This document shows, piece by piece, positions 33,585-43,940 of a stretch of 60,464 nt of DNA. Each line of letters starts with the position of its first letter. Within the stretch, counting starts at the first letter, position 1. Under the pieces are notes generated by a model. It was not told where the DNA came from and did no database searches. It worked only from the letters and a program-made list of their open reading frames with translations. This DNA is from Saprolegnia diclina VS20 (lineage: Eukaryota): NCBI RefSeq assembly GCF_000281045.1, contig NW_008246069.1:1019683-1080146 (forward strand), read 5' to 3'. A program made the translations under genes and the position numbers.

Positions 33585-35456
33585 TTAGAAATCGTACAAG
33601 TCTTCTTCACGCTTCGCGTCGACGGCCTTGGCATCGTCGAGCTTGGCGGCGTCGGCGACCGTCCCCGGTTGGTGTTTTGGGCTGTCGGGTGCAAGCCAGG
33701 CGGAAATCTCGGTCTTGAGCGCTTCGTCCGGCACGAGTTGCCCGAGGCCGAGCGGCTCGCCCGTTACGGGGCACCGGCTGCCATAGTTGTTGAACCATTT
33801 TTCAACCACCTAGAGCCATCTCAAAATACGACTTTCAAACGCACAATATGCCGTGTACCTTGCGCTCAAAGACGTGGCCGTACGGCGATTTCAGAGGGTC
33901 CTGGAGCAGCTTTTTCGTGATCGCGCACCGGAATTCCGTCGGCACATCCTCGTCACTCGGTGTTTTGCGTCCTTTGGCGCTCTTCTTCTTCTTGGTCTTG
34001 ACGGGCGGGTCGTCTGCGACTTGTGTGGCATCCGGGCGGCGGTCCGTCTCGGGTGGCATGCTCAGTCGCTGGAGCGCCGGGAGGTCCCCAAGCAGCGCGA
34101 AATCTTCCTTCCGAGAGAGCGGCACGATGGGCACATGTGGCTTTTCCTTTGGCGGTGACGACGACGACGCGCTCGGGGGATTTGACGCCGGTGGTTTCTT
34201 CGGACTCGCAGCTTGGGCCTCGCCGACGTCGTCCAGCATTGTCTTGATCTCCATCGAGATGGTGAGCTGGGCCGCGATCGCACCCCGCGACGTCTTCACA
34301 AGCACGTCGGCGCCATGCACCACCAGCGTCTAGCTCCCTCGACTCGACATCTCTGCCATTATATTGAGCAAACACGTACGCGCACGATCTCGCTGCGGTT
34401 GTGATAGGCGGCTTCATGCAAAGCTGTCCAGTGCAGCGCGTTGACCGCGTTCATATCAACGCCGTGGTCGAGAAGCAGCTAGTACAGGTCATAGCGCACC
34501 GTATTCGCAACAAGGGAATACCTTGACGACGTCGACGTGGCCTTGCCGCGCCGCTTCGCCAAGTGGCGTCTGTCCCGCAAACGGGCAAAGTGCAAACTCG
34601 GGGCAGACCGCGGTTGGATCGGCGCCTACATATAGGTATAAGATCGTAGTGCTGGTGAAAACGTAGGTCGTACCAGCTCGCAAGAGCTCCTTGGCAATCG
34701 AAACGAAACCGCGATGGCACGCTTCGTGCAGTGGGCTCCAACTAACCGAGTTGGTCGCGTTGACATTCGACTTGGCCTTGATGAGCTTGAGTGCGAGCAC
34801 TTCGATGCCATAGGCGCCTAAGCCAATAGCGATTACGTCCTAGCGTCCACAGGGAGTTGGAGGTTACAGGCAATGTGAAGGGGCGTAAAGCCTGCCGAGA
34901 AGGACCCAGGGCCGCGCGTCGTCTTGGTGGCAAGCACAGTCGCGGTCTTCTCGCGGTCCATCTCGAGCATCGCCTTCAAGATTACCTTGCCTGCGTCGAC
35001 CGTGTTGAGCGTATGGCAGCTCGCGTGCAGTGGCGTCCAGCCGTCTTCGTTGGGCGAAAAGAGCCGTGCTCGGTCCAGCACCACGCGGTCATCGGCGACG
35101 TTGACCACGAGGTACTTGTCGACGTCGGTCTCGTCGATATCGGGCTCGGCGTCGATCACGGGTGACGCCGCGGCGTCGTCGGCCTTCTTCTCAACGACGC
35201 GCGCGACGCCGTCGCTCCCAATGAGCATGATGGTTGCACCTTGAGGCTTGGCGGTCCGGTAGCGCTTCTTGCCCACGTGAAAGTCATACAGGCGGTACAT
35301 GTCTACACTAATGGTCCGTGCATGCTGCTGCATGGTCGACGTACCTGGGAAGCGGATGTAGCGCGGGTCAATACCCTGGAACATGGCTTCGCCGATGAGC
35401 ATCGTGCACGCGATCATCTGCCCGAGGTCGCCGTTCGTCGAGATGCCACCGCCCAT
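33585..35456 (-). CDS. Ankyrin-repeat U-box E3 ubiquitin ligase, possibly N-myristoylated; multi-exon
   Basis: Ankyrin repeats GWTPLHAS, GFTPLHIAC, WSPLHEAC, GQTPLGEAA and WTALHEAA. U-box VPTEFRCAITKKLLQDPLKSPYGHVFER..VEKWF...CPVTGEPL...LVPDEALK. N-terminus MGGGIS. Confidence 0.85.
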
Positions 35457-36461
35457 GGCTGCCGTTTGCTCACTGCGCCGTTTCAAGCTCTTTTCGAGAT
35501 CTTGACTTTGCACCAAATCCAACTTAACAACGACACGCTCCATACTCCGAGAGCGCAACTTAACGCAACACACCACAGTCATCCATGATCAACGCTTCTA
35601 TTTTGCATGCATCGCGTAAGCGTAGCCAGCGCCAAGAGCCCGTTGCTCAACCGTAACTTCGCGGCAGCGACTGGTCTCCTTCTGGCACGACGCAATGAGC
35701 TGGCAACATGAGCGAGAACCTGAACGACGCCACCTTGTGCCACTGCAAGGTCCGTTGGCTATGGCACAGCTCGACAGAGTCCAAGGCCTGCCTGCTCGTG
35801 GTGGCGCGGCGGCAAGTACCCAGGCGCCAAGCTAAAGGAAGGCGGGCCTATGGCGCAGTACTCCGGCAACGACGAGCTGTGGCCGCGCCGTCATGTGCAA
35901 GCACTTATGCAACACGCGACAGCGTGGGACCAGTTGTTGCAGTTGGCGCCACCAGCTGCTACGACGGATGCACCGGATCGCGTCACGCACCAAGTTCACG
36001 ATCGACCGACCATATATCGACGTTCATCGGTCGCCAATGTTCCTCTTCATCGCTCGCGTCTGCCATAGTCTACTGACGACGGCAAGCAGCCTCTTCACTC
36101 GCACCAGCCCCGCCTCGGTGGCTTTTCTCCAAGACTCTGCCGTTCCTAGCCGGCGACTAGGCTAGATTCCTAAACCGCCTTTGGCCTCTGCCTCCCATAC
36201 TCTTCATGTAGCCCATTTACGATTTATACATTGACGCTCTTGGCGTCAGCAGCGCTCGGGGTGGAGTTAATGGTTTGTCAAGTCAACTTGTTGCATCAAC
36301 ACGGATGGCGACCGCCCGTTCAACGTGCGGTCCGGATTGGCCAATCGCGACGCGAGATTCCGGATCCGGATACGAGAGCGCCAATCAGAAGCCGAGGAAT
36401 CCGTGGGGCGTTGAAGTTTTGGATTTCACTGACGCTCATTTCGAGATTCGCCGCCAGCCCG

Positions 36462-38327
36462 ATGGTCCTTGCTGCTGCCCGCTTGACGCGCCGCCTGGCG
36501 CCCCGCGCGACCCGCGCCTTCGCTTCGAAGGAGACGCCAAAGCTCAAGAGCGCGGACGAGGCCGCGTCGGGCGTGAGCTACACGCGCGGGCTCTTCCTCG
36601 GCGTCAACAACGCCAAGCTCGCGTTCCCGTACCCCAAGCTCTCGGAAGACGAGGTCGCGACGCTCCAGATGCTCGTCGACCCGGTCATCAAGACGTTCGA
36701 GACGATCGATGGCCGCAAGATTGACGAGACCAAGACGATCCCGGCCGAGACCATGGACAACCTCAAGGAACTCGGCCTCTTTGGCCTCCAGATCCCGGAA
36801 GAGCTCAACGGCCTCGGCCTCAGCAACACGGGCTACGCGCGCGTGTGCGAAGAGCTCATTGACGGCTCGATCGCGGTCACGCTCATGGCGCACCAGTCGA
36901 TCGGTCTCAAGGGCATTCTGCTCAACGGCAACGACGCGCAAAAGGAGAAGTACCTTCCGAAGCTCGCGACCGGCGAGCAAATGGCCGCGTTTGTGCTCAC
37001 CGAGCCGAGCTCGGGCTCGGACGCGCAGTCGATCCAGACGCGCGCGGTCCTCTCGGAAGACAAGACGCACTTCATCCTGAACGGCGGCAAGATTTGGATC
37101 TCGAACGGCGGCTGGGCCGAGGTCATGACGGTCTTTGCCCAGACCAACGTCGGTGGCAAGGACAAGGTGACTGCGTTCATCGTCGAGCGTGCGTTTGGCG
37201 GCGTCACGAGCGGCCCGCCCGAGGACAAGCTCGGTATCCGCGGCTCCAACACGTGCCAAGTGTTCTTTGACAACGTCAAGATCCCTGTCGAGAACGTGCT
37301 CGGTGGCGGCGCCGACGGCAAGACCGGCGGTATCGCAGGCGTCGGCCACGGCTTCAAGGTGGCCATGAACATCCTCAACAACGGTCGGTTTGGTATCGGC
37401 GCGGCGTCCGGCGGCAACCTCCGCCGTGTCATCAACATGGCGGCCGAGCATGCGACGACGCGCAAGCAGTTTGGCTCGACGCTCTCGTCGTTTGGCCTTA
37501 TCAAGGAGAAGTTTGGCAACCTTGCGCTGCAGACGTATGCGATTGAGAGCATGGCGTACATGACGACCGGTATGATTGACCGCGGCGACCCGTTCTGCGA
37601 GATCGAAGCCGCCATGTGCAAGGTGTACGGCTCGGAGGCCGCCTTCAACGGCATCAACGAAGCCATCCAGGTCATGGGCGGCACGGGCTTCATGAAGGAC
37701 TGGCCGTTTGAGCGCTACATGCGCGACGCGCGGATTCTGTCGATTTTCGAGGGCACCAACGAGATCTTGCGCATGTTGATCGCGCTCTCGGGCGTCAAGA
37801 CGGCCGGCGAGCGCCTCTCGGTGGTCGGCAGCCTCTTCCAGAACCCGTTCCAGGACCCGGCTGCGATTGCGTCCGAGATCTCGGACCGCGTCCAGAAGAA
37901 GCTCAACCTCAAGAAGACGCCGCTGGAAGGGGTGCACCCCAACTTGAAGGCGTCGGCCGAGCTCCTCCAGGCGCGGACCGCCGAGTTTGGTGACATCATT
38001 GAGACGTTGCTGCGCAAGCACGGCAAGAACATTATTCACGAGCAGCTCCAGATGAAGCGCGTCGCCGATGCGGCCATTCAGCTGTTTGCGATGACGGCGA
38101 CCATCTCGCGTGCGACGACGGCGCTCAACGAGAAGACGCCGACCGCCGCCCACGAGCAGGCGCTTGCGTCGCTCTTTGCCGAGTACGCCAGCGACAAGAT
38201 TCTGGTCGAGCTCCGCGCGATCCGCACGCACAAGAAGAAGGACGAGCGTCTCTGCGCGATTGCCGACCAAATGTTTACCGAAGTCAAGTACATTCCGTCG
38301 CACCCGACCGGCGTCAACTCGCAGTAA
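36462..38327 (+). CDS. Mitochondrial acyl-CoA dehydrogenase, VLCAD/ACAD9 clade; intronless
   Basis: Arg/Ala-rich targeting peptide from ATG 36462; AHQSIGLKGILL, FVLTEPSSGSDA, LNGGKIWISNGG, KLGIRGSNT, ILNNGRFG, RKQFG, RDARILSIFEGTNEILR, plus the C-terminal extension typical of VLCAD/ACAD9. Confidence 0.95.
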   Translation: MVLAAARLTRRLAPRATRAFASKETPKLKSADEAASGVSYTRGLFLGVNNAKLAFPYPKLSEDEVATLQMLVDPVIKTFETIDGRKIDETKTIPAETMDNLKELGLFGLQIPEELNGLGLSNTGYARVCEELIDGSIAVTLMAHQSIGLKGILLNGNDAQKEKYLPKLATGEQMAAFVLTEPSSGSDAQSIQTRAVLSEDKTHFILNGGKIWISNGGWAEVMTVFAQTNVGGKDKVTAFIVERAFGGVTSGPPEDKLGIRGSNTCQVFFDNVKIPVENVLGGGADGKTGGIAGVGHGFKVAMNILNNGRFGIGAASGGNLRRVINMAAEHATTRKQFGSTLSSFGLIKEKFGNLALQTYAIESMAYMTTGMIDRGDPFCEIEAAMCKVYGSEAAFNGINEAIQVMGGTGFMKDWPFERYMRDARILSIFEGTNEILRMLIALSGVKTAGERLSVVGSLFQNPFQDPAAIASEISDRVQKKLNLKKTPLEGVHPNLKASAELLQARTAEFGDIIETLLRKHGKNIIHEQLQMKRVADAAIQLFAMTATISRATTALNEKTPTAAHEQALASLFAEYASDKILVELRAIRTHKKKDERLCAIADQMFTEVKYIPSHPTGVNSQ

Positions 38328-38823
38328 GCACAACAAGCAGTAATATTAGTTGAGTGTGGTTTCCTTGTCCTCAGAGCACCAGTCGAGACGTCGACGTCTA
38401 TGGCCCCCGTCCTACTGCATCGCCGTGATCGGTGTGTCTTGGCCTATTGCGACGCTGTCGAGCTCGATGCAGACGGTGGTCGCTGCGACAGTCGACTCTA
38501 AATGGCTTTGGAAGCGACGTCTGGACTCGGTATCGCTACGGGACTGGGTCTGGCGAGCCGTCAGGAGTACTGCTACGATGCAGCCGCACCGTAAACCCCA
38601 AGCTCACCAGTGATGAGCTAGGATTAGCCCAGGCTGGGATTAGCTGGTGCGGTGAGTCACCACACCGGCTAAAGTTGCGTGCTTGTAGCCACACATCCAA
38701 ACCGAGGGTTGACAAACGCCAAGGTCGCCCGAATGGCTAGTGACACCAGGATGGACGACGCGGGATCAACCGAAGGCGACAGCGTTGAAGAGCCCACAAA
38801 CGACTATTTTGCTGTCTAAACAC

Positions 38824-40210
38824 TTAGGATGTGGGTCCTAATTTGAGTTTGCCAAATGAAAAGGTCATGACTTTGCACTCTTGCAGATCGACATCGTCGT
38901 CGAGACTGGGTGGATGGGGCTTGACCTTGGACATGAGTCGTCCATGTGCTTGTTTTGAGTTGGCCTGAAAGATGCTGCGTCGATTCTCTTGTAGTGCGTC
39001 CAGACGTTCCTGCAAGACCTGGGACGTTGTTCGCTCCTCATGCATCTTGTCGGCCACGGGACGGGATGCCGGTTGCCGCGGTGTCATGCTGGTTGTCGGT
39101 GCCAAAATCTCTTGGATCACGTGGGTGGCTTTACGCGGCGACGCTCGCCCAATGCCGATCGGCTTGATCGGACCTCCTTTGGGCAGCACGGTGCGCTTGG
39201 GTTCGTGCGGTCTGGGGCTCCGACTCGACGTAGATGCATTGGTGGGCGCAGGTTTCGGACACTCGGTCGTCGCCGCAATCTCTATCTCGGACGCCACGTC
39301 CGTGTAAATGTTGTCGATCAACGCAATGTGGTCGCGGTTGGTGCTCGACGCGGTCACCATCTCGGTCGCCTACAGCCTTGTCAGCATGCCGCGTCGATGC
39401 TTTTAGAGCACACACCAGCAGGAACCGGTCGCAGAACCGCTGCGCATCGATCGTGTCGTCGCCCTATCCGCAGACAATGTGTCCATATTTATTCGTGTGG
39501 AAAGGCTGCAAGAGACTGCGAAAAGGAGATCTTCGACCGCTTCGGGCGTCCATGCCATTGACGCTTTGAAGCGGCTCTTCCGCTGCACGGTGTTGCCCAT
39601 TTGCTTGGCGATGCAGATACTCATGACGTGGCACTTGTGCCGGTCCAGCACCGCGTTGTTCGCGCCGGCGCTGAGGTCAAACAGCTCCGTGAGGCGCGTG
39701 TGCACCTCGGCGGCCGCGAGCGCCTTGAGATCCATCTTGGACGACCCCCCCATCGTACCGAGGAGGACGCGCTGGGTGCCCTGTCGCCGCGCTCGTATCG
39801 ACTGCTTGCGCGACCGCGCATGGAGGCCGTACACTGCATGTAAACTATCGCGCTACGACCAACAAAGCCATGGTATCCGCGTGTAGGTGTCGCTATACCT
39901 TGTTGCTCAAGCGGGCTGGCTTGTCAATCAGTGCTGCGTCGAGCCGTGACATTTTTGTGTGCCACGAGCCTTTCTGCGTCGATGGCTCTGAGAGTGCGGC
40001 GTGCAGCTGTGCGAGCTGGAGCGCTTCGTACTCGCGGTCACTCCCGACAGCCACGTACGGCCCGGACGGTTCAAACCCGGAAAAGACGTTGAGAAGGATG
40101 TCGACGCCGAGCTCCGAGTGCATGTCGACGCGGGGTGGTAACGTCGAGACGAACGCGTCGATCTTGCGCAGCGAGTCGGCGCGGCCACCGCCTTGTATCC
40201 GAGGAATCAT
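38824..40210 (-). CDS. Hypothetical protein; multi-exon
   Basis: Three consecutive minus-strand coding-like ORFs (40210-39899, ~39840-39412, ~39369-38824) separated by short GT..AG segments; no recognisable domain. Confidence 0.5.
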
Positions 40211-41036
40211 GGCGCTAAGAATTTTGGCAGGTATCGTTCGCAACGTCGGTTTTTGTTGCTATTGTCGGATCCTGCACCCGAGAAAATCCTGCACGATAAG
40301 ATTGACGTGAACTATAGTGAACGGGATATATAGTTGAAGGCGCCATTCATATAATCGATGTGCAAGGTGCGCTTGCGCCGTCTGCATAAAGCATGAATGC
40401 ATTCGCGATACCTATATTGTCGATGGGTCTCTCCCATTTTTGATCTGGCCAAAGCTTAGACGTCGGCGCCAACGTTAGGTTTTCGCGCCAAATTGACCCG
40501 ACGCTATAAATAGAACGCGCATTTCTCAAAACTGTCTTTTGATGACGTCATTTTGAGTCTTGATGAGACGTATTGGAGAAATAAAGTTCAATATCCGACA
40601 CTTTAATCCAACCGCGGATTTTGTGAAACAGAGTGTCATACAGAGTCTTGGTCGCGGTCTGCGAGCATGGTTCGACTCGAGTGCATTGCCAAGCAATGTG
40701 TCCTTTGCATCCCGCTGACCTCGCAGCCCTTTGCTAAAGTCCACTCCACGCGAAACGCGTGTGTTCAGTTGGCCGGCTCCGTTGGTTCCCAGACACCTGC
40801 CAGAATCCACGCCACATCCCAGGAACACTCGTTACTTACAAGGAGCGTCCTGCGTATAAAATACATCTATTTTTATTTTGCATACAATAATAAAGTATAC
40901 CTGTATTAAATACGCAAACGAGGCCTTTCGGCTCAGTCCTAATTAGGACCCATTCCACATCGCCCGAACCTAGATATACAAGGTGGCATTTTTGGATTTG
41001 CGCCCGTCGAGCCGACCTACTCGTGCTAACGTTACC

Positions 41037-41372
41037 ATGTCTGCGCCGCCGATGACCCCCGTGACGACCGACTACGCGGCCATCGTTGACGCCAAGGAGA
41101 AGGCTGGTAGCCCGGCGCCTGGTGCCTACAAGCCCGTCTTCCTCGGCATCTCGGCGCGCGACCTCGTCTTGATCCCGTGCCTCCTGGTCTTCTTCTACGC
41201 GGTCGTCGCCAGCTTCTTTAGCCTCCTCTTGCACGCCGTCGTGCAAACGCAAAACTCGAACGCGGCGCTCTGGATGTTCTTTGGCATCTTTGTCCTCGCG
41301 CTCATCATGGCCACCTTCTTCCTCAACGTCTCGGCGGCGAAGAAGTCGGAGCCGGAAAAGGCCGACGCATAA
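41037..41372 (+). CDS. Small 2-TM membrane protein (paralog 1), Na+/K+-ATPase beta TM-like
   Basis: 111 aa from ATG 41037, strong GC3 bias, two hydrophobic helices; homologous to 42088-42576. Confidence 0.7.
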   Translation: MSAPPMTPVTTDYAAIVDAKEKAGSPAPGAYKPVFLGISARDLVLIPCLLVFFYAVVASFFSLLLHAVVQTQNSNAALWMFFGIFVLALIMATFFLNVSAAKKSEPEKADA

Positions 41373-41847
41373 GCCGCTCGCTGCAATACACTACTACTTT
41401 ATTCTAGCTCAATTGCATTGCGCTTGCAAAGCCATCGCGGATGCAGGGATCCGCCGCGGCCATCGCATCTCGCATGGGCACGCATTGGGAGTTGGCGCAG
41501 ACGCTGGACAGGCCGCGCGTGACAGAGCCACTCTTCACCTCAATGACACGCATGGTTTTGCTTTGACGTGTCGACTGCACAAAGCACACTACTACTAGCT
41601 CCTCTGGAACACTAATTTCTAGCTCTCATCAACGTCGCTGCGGATAACGAACCCGACGCTCGATGGCTGGCAGCCATGACCAAGGTACCAGGACGCCATG
41701 CCCATAGCCACTTACTTGGTCGCTAGCTTCGTGCAGGCAAGCATGGCTACACCTCGCAGCGTCGAAATCGGGCGACGTCCAAGTCGTTTTCAGAGCACAA
41801 GGTACGAACCGTGGCATGGCGCACCTCGAGCTCGCCACCAACAGCTC

Positions 41848-41935
41848 GCTACCCAGAGCTACCCAGAGCTACCCAGAGCTACCGACCTCGCGCTGCCGAC
41901 AGCTAGCGACCTCGCGCTGTCTAGAGCTAGCGACC
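41848..41935. repeat. Short intergenic tandem repeats: (ACCCAGAGCT)x3 and GACCTCGCGCTG x2 with AGCTAGCGACC
   Basis: Directly visible tandem units. Confidence 0.65.
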
Positions 41936-42087
41936 AGTCGGTGGCCGGTTGCTCGCCAACCGCCGGCTCTTCCCCATCAAGATGGCGGGTCGCGTCTATT
42001 TTTACGGGCTAAAAATAGCCTTCGAAAAAGCACCGTTCGCCATTTTGCCTTTCATTTCGAATTTGGCTCGCCGCCAGCACATCCAGC

Positions 42088-42576
42088 ATGTCGACCGAAG
42101 CCGCTGCCAACGACGTCGCGTCGGACGTCAAGGTCGAGATCGAGCCCGAGGGGGCCAAGCCGACAGAGGCCGCCACGCTCGACGTCAAGGTCGAGATCCA
42201 GCCCGAGACGACCAAGCCGACAGACGCCAAGGCAAGCAAGAGCGACCAAAAGGTCGCACCGACCAAGGACTACCGCGCGCCGGATGCGCGTCCCGACTAC
42301 CACGTCGTGTGCTGCGAGAATTCGTGGGGCGACATCTTCTTCATTCCGTTCCAGACAATTCTGCTCTACGGCTTTATGATTGGGTACTCGATCCTCATCG
42401 TCCAAGGCACGTACATGTCGACCATCTCCCAAGCGGCGCTGTGGATTTACTTTTTCGCATGGGCGGCGGGCGTTGTGTACCTCAGCGTGACGATTGCGAC
42501 GGCCGACTGGGAAACGAGCCTCAAGTCGAAGCTTGCAACCAAGATGGCGGCCGAAGAAGGCGCTGCCATCGAGTAG
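42088..42576 (+). CDS. Small 2-TM membrane protein (paralog 2) with N-terminal DVKVEIxPExxKPT duplication
   Basis: 162-aa ORF preceded by INR/FPR-like TCATTTCGAATTTGG (~42052); two TM helices; shares D..IP....[FL]Y and S.AALW..F with 41037-41372. Confidence 0.72.
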   Translation: MSTEAAANDVASDVKVEIEPEGAKPTEAATLDVKVEIQPETTKPTDAKASKSDQKVAPTKDYRAPDARPDYHVVCCENSWGDIFFIPFQTILLYGFMIGYSILIVQGTYMSTISQAALWIYFFAWAAGVVYLSVTIATADWETSLKSKLATKMAAEEGAAIE

Positions 42577-42762
42577 ACGCATCACAGCTTATTAGATATA
42601 TATGAACCTACCCCTTTTCAAACCTTGAGCTCGGCTACCGCTGCCATGGCCACAAGAGCACGTCAAGAACAACAATCCAATTACGATATATGGGAATAAA
42701 TACACGTACAGCGACGACCAGAGAGACAGCACCACCAACAAGAACGACGAACATCGGCGTCA

Positions 42763-43377
42763 TCACGCGGACGTCGCTGCATCGCGGCGCCACGGTGCGA
42801 CCGTCTTTGGGCAGCCCATGAGCTCTTCGACGCGCTTGTGCTTGGCGACGTGACCCTTGTACGACGTCGGGCTTGGCGCTGGCACAAGCGGGATCATCTC
42901 GGTGCATAACTGCGACGCCAAGGCGGTCTGCGCCGCAGTCCAGCGGTGGGCCTCGGTCGCATCAAACACGGTGAAGGCCAACGGCGCAGCGGTGCTCGGG
43001 CGAGCTCGAACCGCGTTCAAGTGGTCCAAGAGCGCCTTGCAGTCGGGCGTCATGGCGCATCGCGCTCGCGTTGGCAGCGCGTGCGGCGTGGCCCAGTGCA
43101 GAAACTGGCCCTGGTGCAACACCTTGGGCGACGTTATGGGTGCCGGCATTTGCAACGCAAAGCTGCCCGTGTTGCCCAAGGTGCGATTGCCCGCACTCCA
43201 GTCGCCGTCGCTCGTTGTGACCGTCGAGGCCGAGAGCGTCGTCTCGAGCGCATCTTCCACGTAGTCGTACTTGGCGTTGTAGAGCGCATGGCCGCGCAGC
43301 AGCTTCTTCGTCTTCAGCAGCTTGCGCGGGCTCCCGACGAGCATGCGCGGGCGGGGGCTGCTCGGTGCGCACGCCAT
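42763..43377 (-). CDS. Hypothetical protein (204 aa)
   Basis: Single ORF with coding-like codon usage; no domain recognised. Confidence 0.5.
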   Translation of the reverse strand: MACAPSSPRPRMLVGSPRKLLKTKKLLRGHALYNAKYDYVEDALETTLSASTVTTSDGDWSAGNRTLGNTGSFALQMPAPITSPKVLHQGQFLHWATPHALPTRARCAMTPDCKALLDHLNAVRARPSTAAPLAFTVFDATEAHRWTAAQTALASQLCTEMIPLVPAPSPTSYKGHVAKHKRVEELMGCPKTVAPWRRDAATSA

Positions 43378-43940
43378 CCTGCCTTCGTGGTCGCTTGAAA
43401 TCTTGGCGACTTGTTCGAATTTTGGCTCCGGGCCGTGCGATTCGCCGAAAAATAGACAAGTATCCGCGAATCAGAAGCGTCCATTTTAGTTGGCGTGCGG
43501 TCCCGCCCATAACGAAGCGCCAATCACATGCCTGTCCGCTTTTATTTCAGCCAATCAAATGCGATGCATGCAAGGTGCGTTTTGGAAGCACCGGTTGGCT
43601 TCGATGGAAGAGGTCGTGCCGCCATCGTCGCGTCCTCTGTTTCACAGACTCACCGACTAAAGACCAACTAAAGACCGACTAAAGACCGACCAAGGTATGC
43701 TGCACTTGGTGCGCGTCCTGTGCGCAGTAGGGCAGAGATCCAACAGGTCTCTGCTTCGGCAACAGCAACAGACGATCCAGAGAACTGTCAAAACTTCCTA
43801 GTATCAGGGGAGTAGCAAGGGGTAGGGTTGGGTCTCGCGTGCAAATGGAAAATTCGTCACCGTTCACGAGACTGCCTGTCGGAGTGGCTTGTCGCATAGT
43901 CTACTTCGTACACAACAGACTCGTTCCAAATTTCATATCT

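Noticed and set aside
35708..36165. Short overlapping ORFs between the U-box and ACAD genes
   Set aside because: No domain, weak coding signal; probably divergent promoter DNA.
36426..38336. 636-aa minus-strand ORF over the acyl-CoA dehydrogenase
   Set aside because: Antisense shadow caused by codon bias.
41848..41935. CRISPR-like appearance of short repeats
   Set aside because: Eukaryotic context, 10-12-nt units, no unique spacers and no cas genes.
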